This document shows, in pieces, positions 63,071 through 64,000 of a stretch of 64,000 nt of DNA. Both the position numbers and the translations under genes were made by a program. The notes beneath the pieces are model-generated. The model did not search any database. It was given only the letters and a program-made list of their open reading frames with translations, and was not told where the DNA came from. The stretch comes from Octopus sinensis. Taxonomy: Eukaryota. How positions within the stretch are numbered: position 1 is the stretch's first letter; each line of letters begins with the position of its first letter. The stretch lies in the NCBI RefSeq assembly GCF_006345805.1, contig NC_043016.1, positions 12,896,001-12,960,000 on the forward strand, written 5' to 3'.

Positions 63071-63821
63071 TGTACCTGCTTATCTTTATTATTCACGGAT
63101 TGAGAAATACATGGAGTTTTCTTTCACTTTCTTTCACCAAAGCTAATTAGGGTACTTGTTAAGAGGGTGGGAAAATAAAACAAGCATAAAAACGTACAGT
63201 TAACAGAAGCTGTGCGAACATTTCCTAACAATATTCACAGAGCTTCATATTACTGTTGTCTGGAATGCGCCACCTATATCTATCTTTATAGATAATCTGG
63301 CTATGTATTTATTGAAGTGGTTGTGTATCACTTTGCTTGTACCTATTAGAAATGGAATGATGGAAATGAACCAAGAGAACTCCTATGTGACTACTTAAGT
63401 TGCTAGAGATACCAACCAAATTTCCTTTGAATTTCACCCTACTGTTTCAAAATAAAGGAAGGACACATTGAAACTGAATAAAAATATCTTAGATACACTA
63501 GAGATTTTGTTGCTTTTCCCAACAAGGTCAATTACTGTTTAGAAGTTTCCTTGTTGGTTCGAATTCAGCAAACCAGCATTTCTGGGAGAGGGTAAGTGGT
63601 AGAAAAAGGATAGTTGTGATGGGAATATCTTTAATCCTAGATCTGCTTGACCAGAGCTGACCTGGGGTTAAACAACAAAATTGACGAATTTCTTTAATTG
63701 CTGTCATTTATTAAAATTCAATTGCTAAGTCTGTATAATTCCTTAACTTTTCAACTGAAATTTTGCTCATTGTATCTGTCATTTGGTTATTTATAATAAA
63801 AAGAAGCCAACTGCTGTTTCT

Positions 63822-64000
63822 TTAACCTTTCAGATTACTCTGTCAAATGTAATGTTTATTTATTCACATTGTTTTTGAATTTAGCATGCATCATTGCATA
63901 GCTTCGAGATTTCAGTGTGATTGTTTATTTTTATCATGACATTGTAGGGGAGACGTGAGAGACAGGATCTGGCCATTTTTTTACATGAAACAGGCAGAAT
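63822..64000 (+). mobile_element. MITE family B, running off the window
   Basis: Matches the copy at 3446. Confidence 0.75.

Noticed and set aside
63543-63591. 49-nt exon candidate with a GTAAGT donor
   Set aside because: It lies within a dispersed repeat seen several times in the window, and all three frames are open, so it is uninformative.

Overview
AT-rich (roughly two-thirds AT by eye), repeat-saturated animal DNA. The SINE and MITE families look like Octopus (coleoid cephalopod) repeats; this is from recall, not a database search. I cannot identify any protein-coding host gene. Nearly all listed ORFs are read-throughs of microsatellites, SINEs or decayed transposons, so the window is most likely a very large intron or intergenic DNA, with a few weak micro-exon candidates on the + strand. 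Contents: at least four tRNA-like SINE families (my labels A-D), two TTAA/piggyBac-type MITE families, hAT, Tc1/mariner, Tc2/pogo and Helentron-like non-autonomous elements, decayed RTE, CR1/L2-group and RLE-type (R4/Dong-like) LINE fragments, and many compound microsatellites. Best leads: (1) a roughly 33-bp pri-miRNA-like hairpin at 12974-13049 inside a larger multi-branch fold in apparently unique DNA; (2) two very divergent LINE 3' ends that each encode a triple C2H2 zinc-finger tail and share a 3' motif (33597-34010 +, 37223-37570 -, the second hidden by a frameshift); (3) a Penelope-type minimal hammerhead ribozyme on the minus strand at 32563-32606; (4) a 118-bp locally templated insertion with a 9-bp target duplication. 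All structures were paired by hand, not computed.
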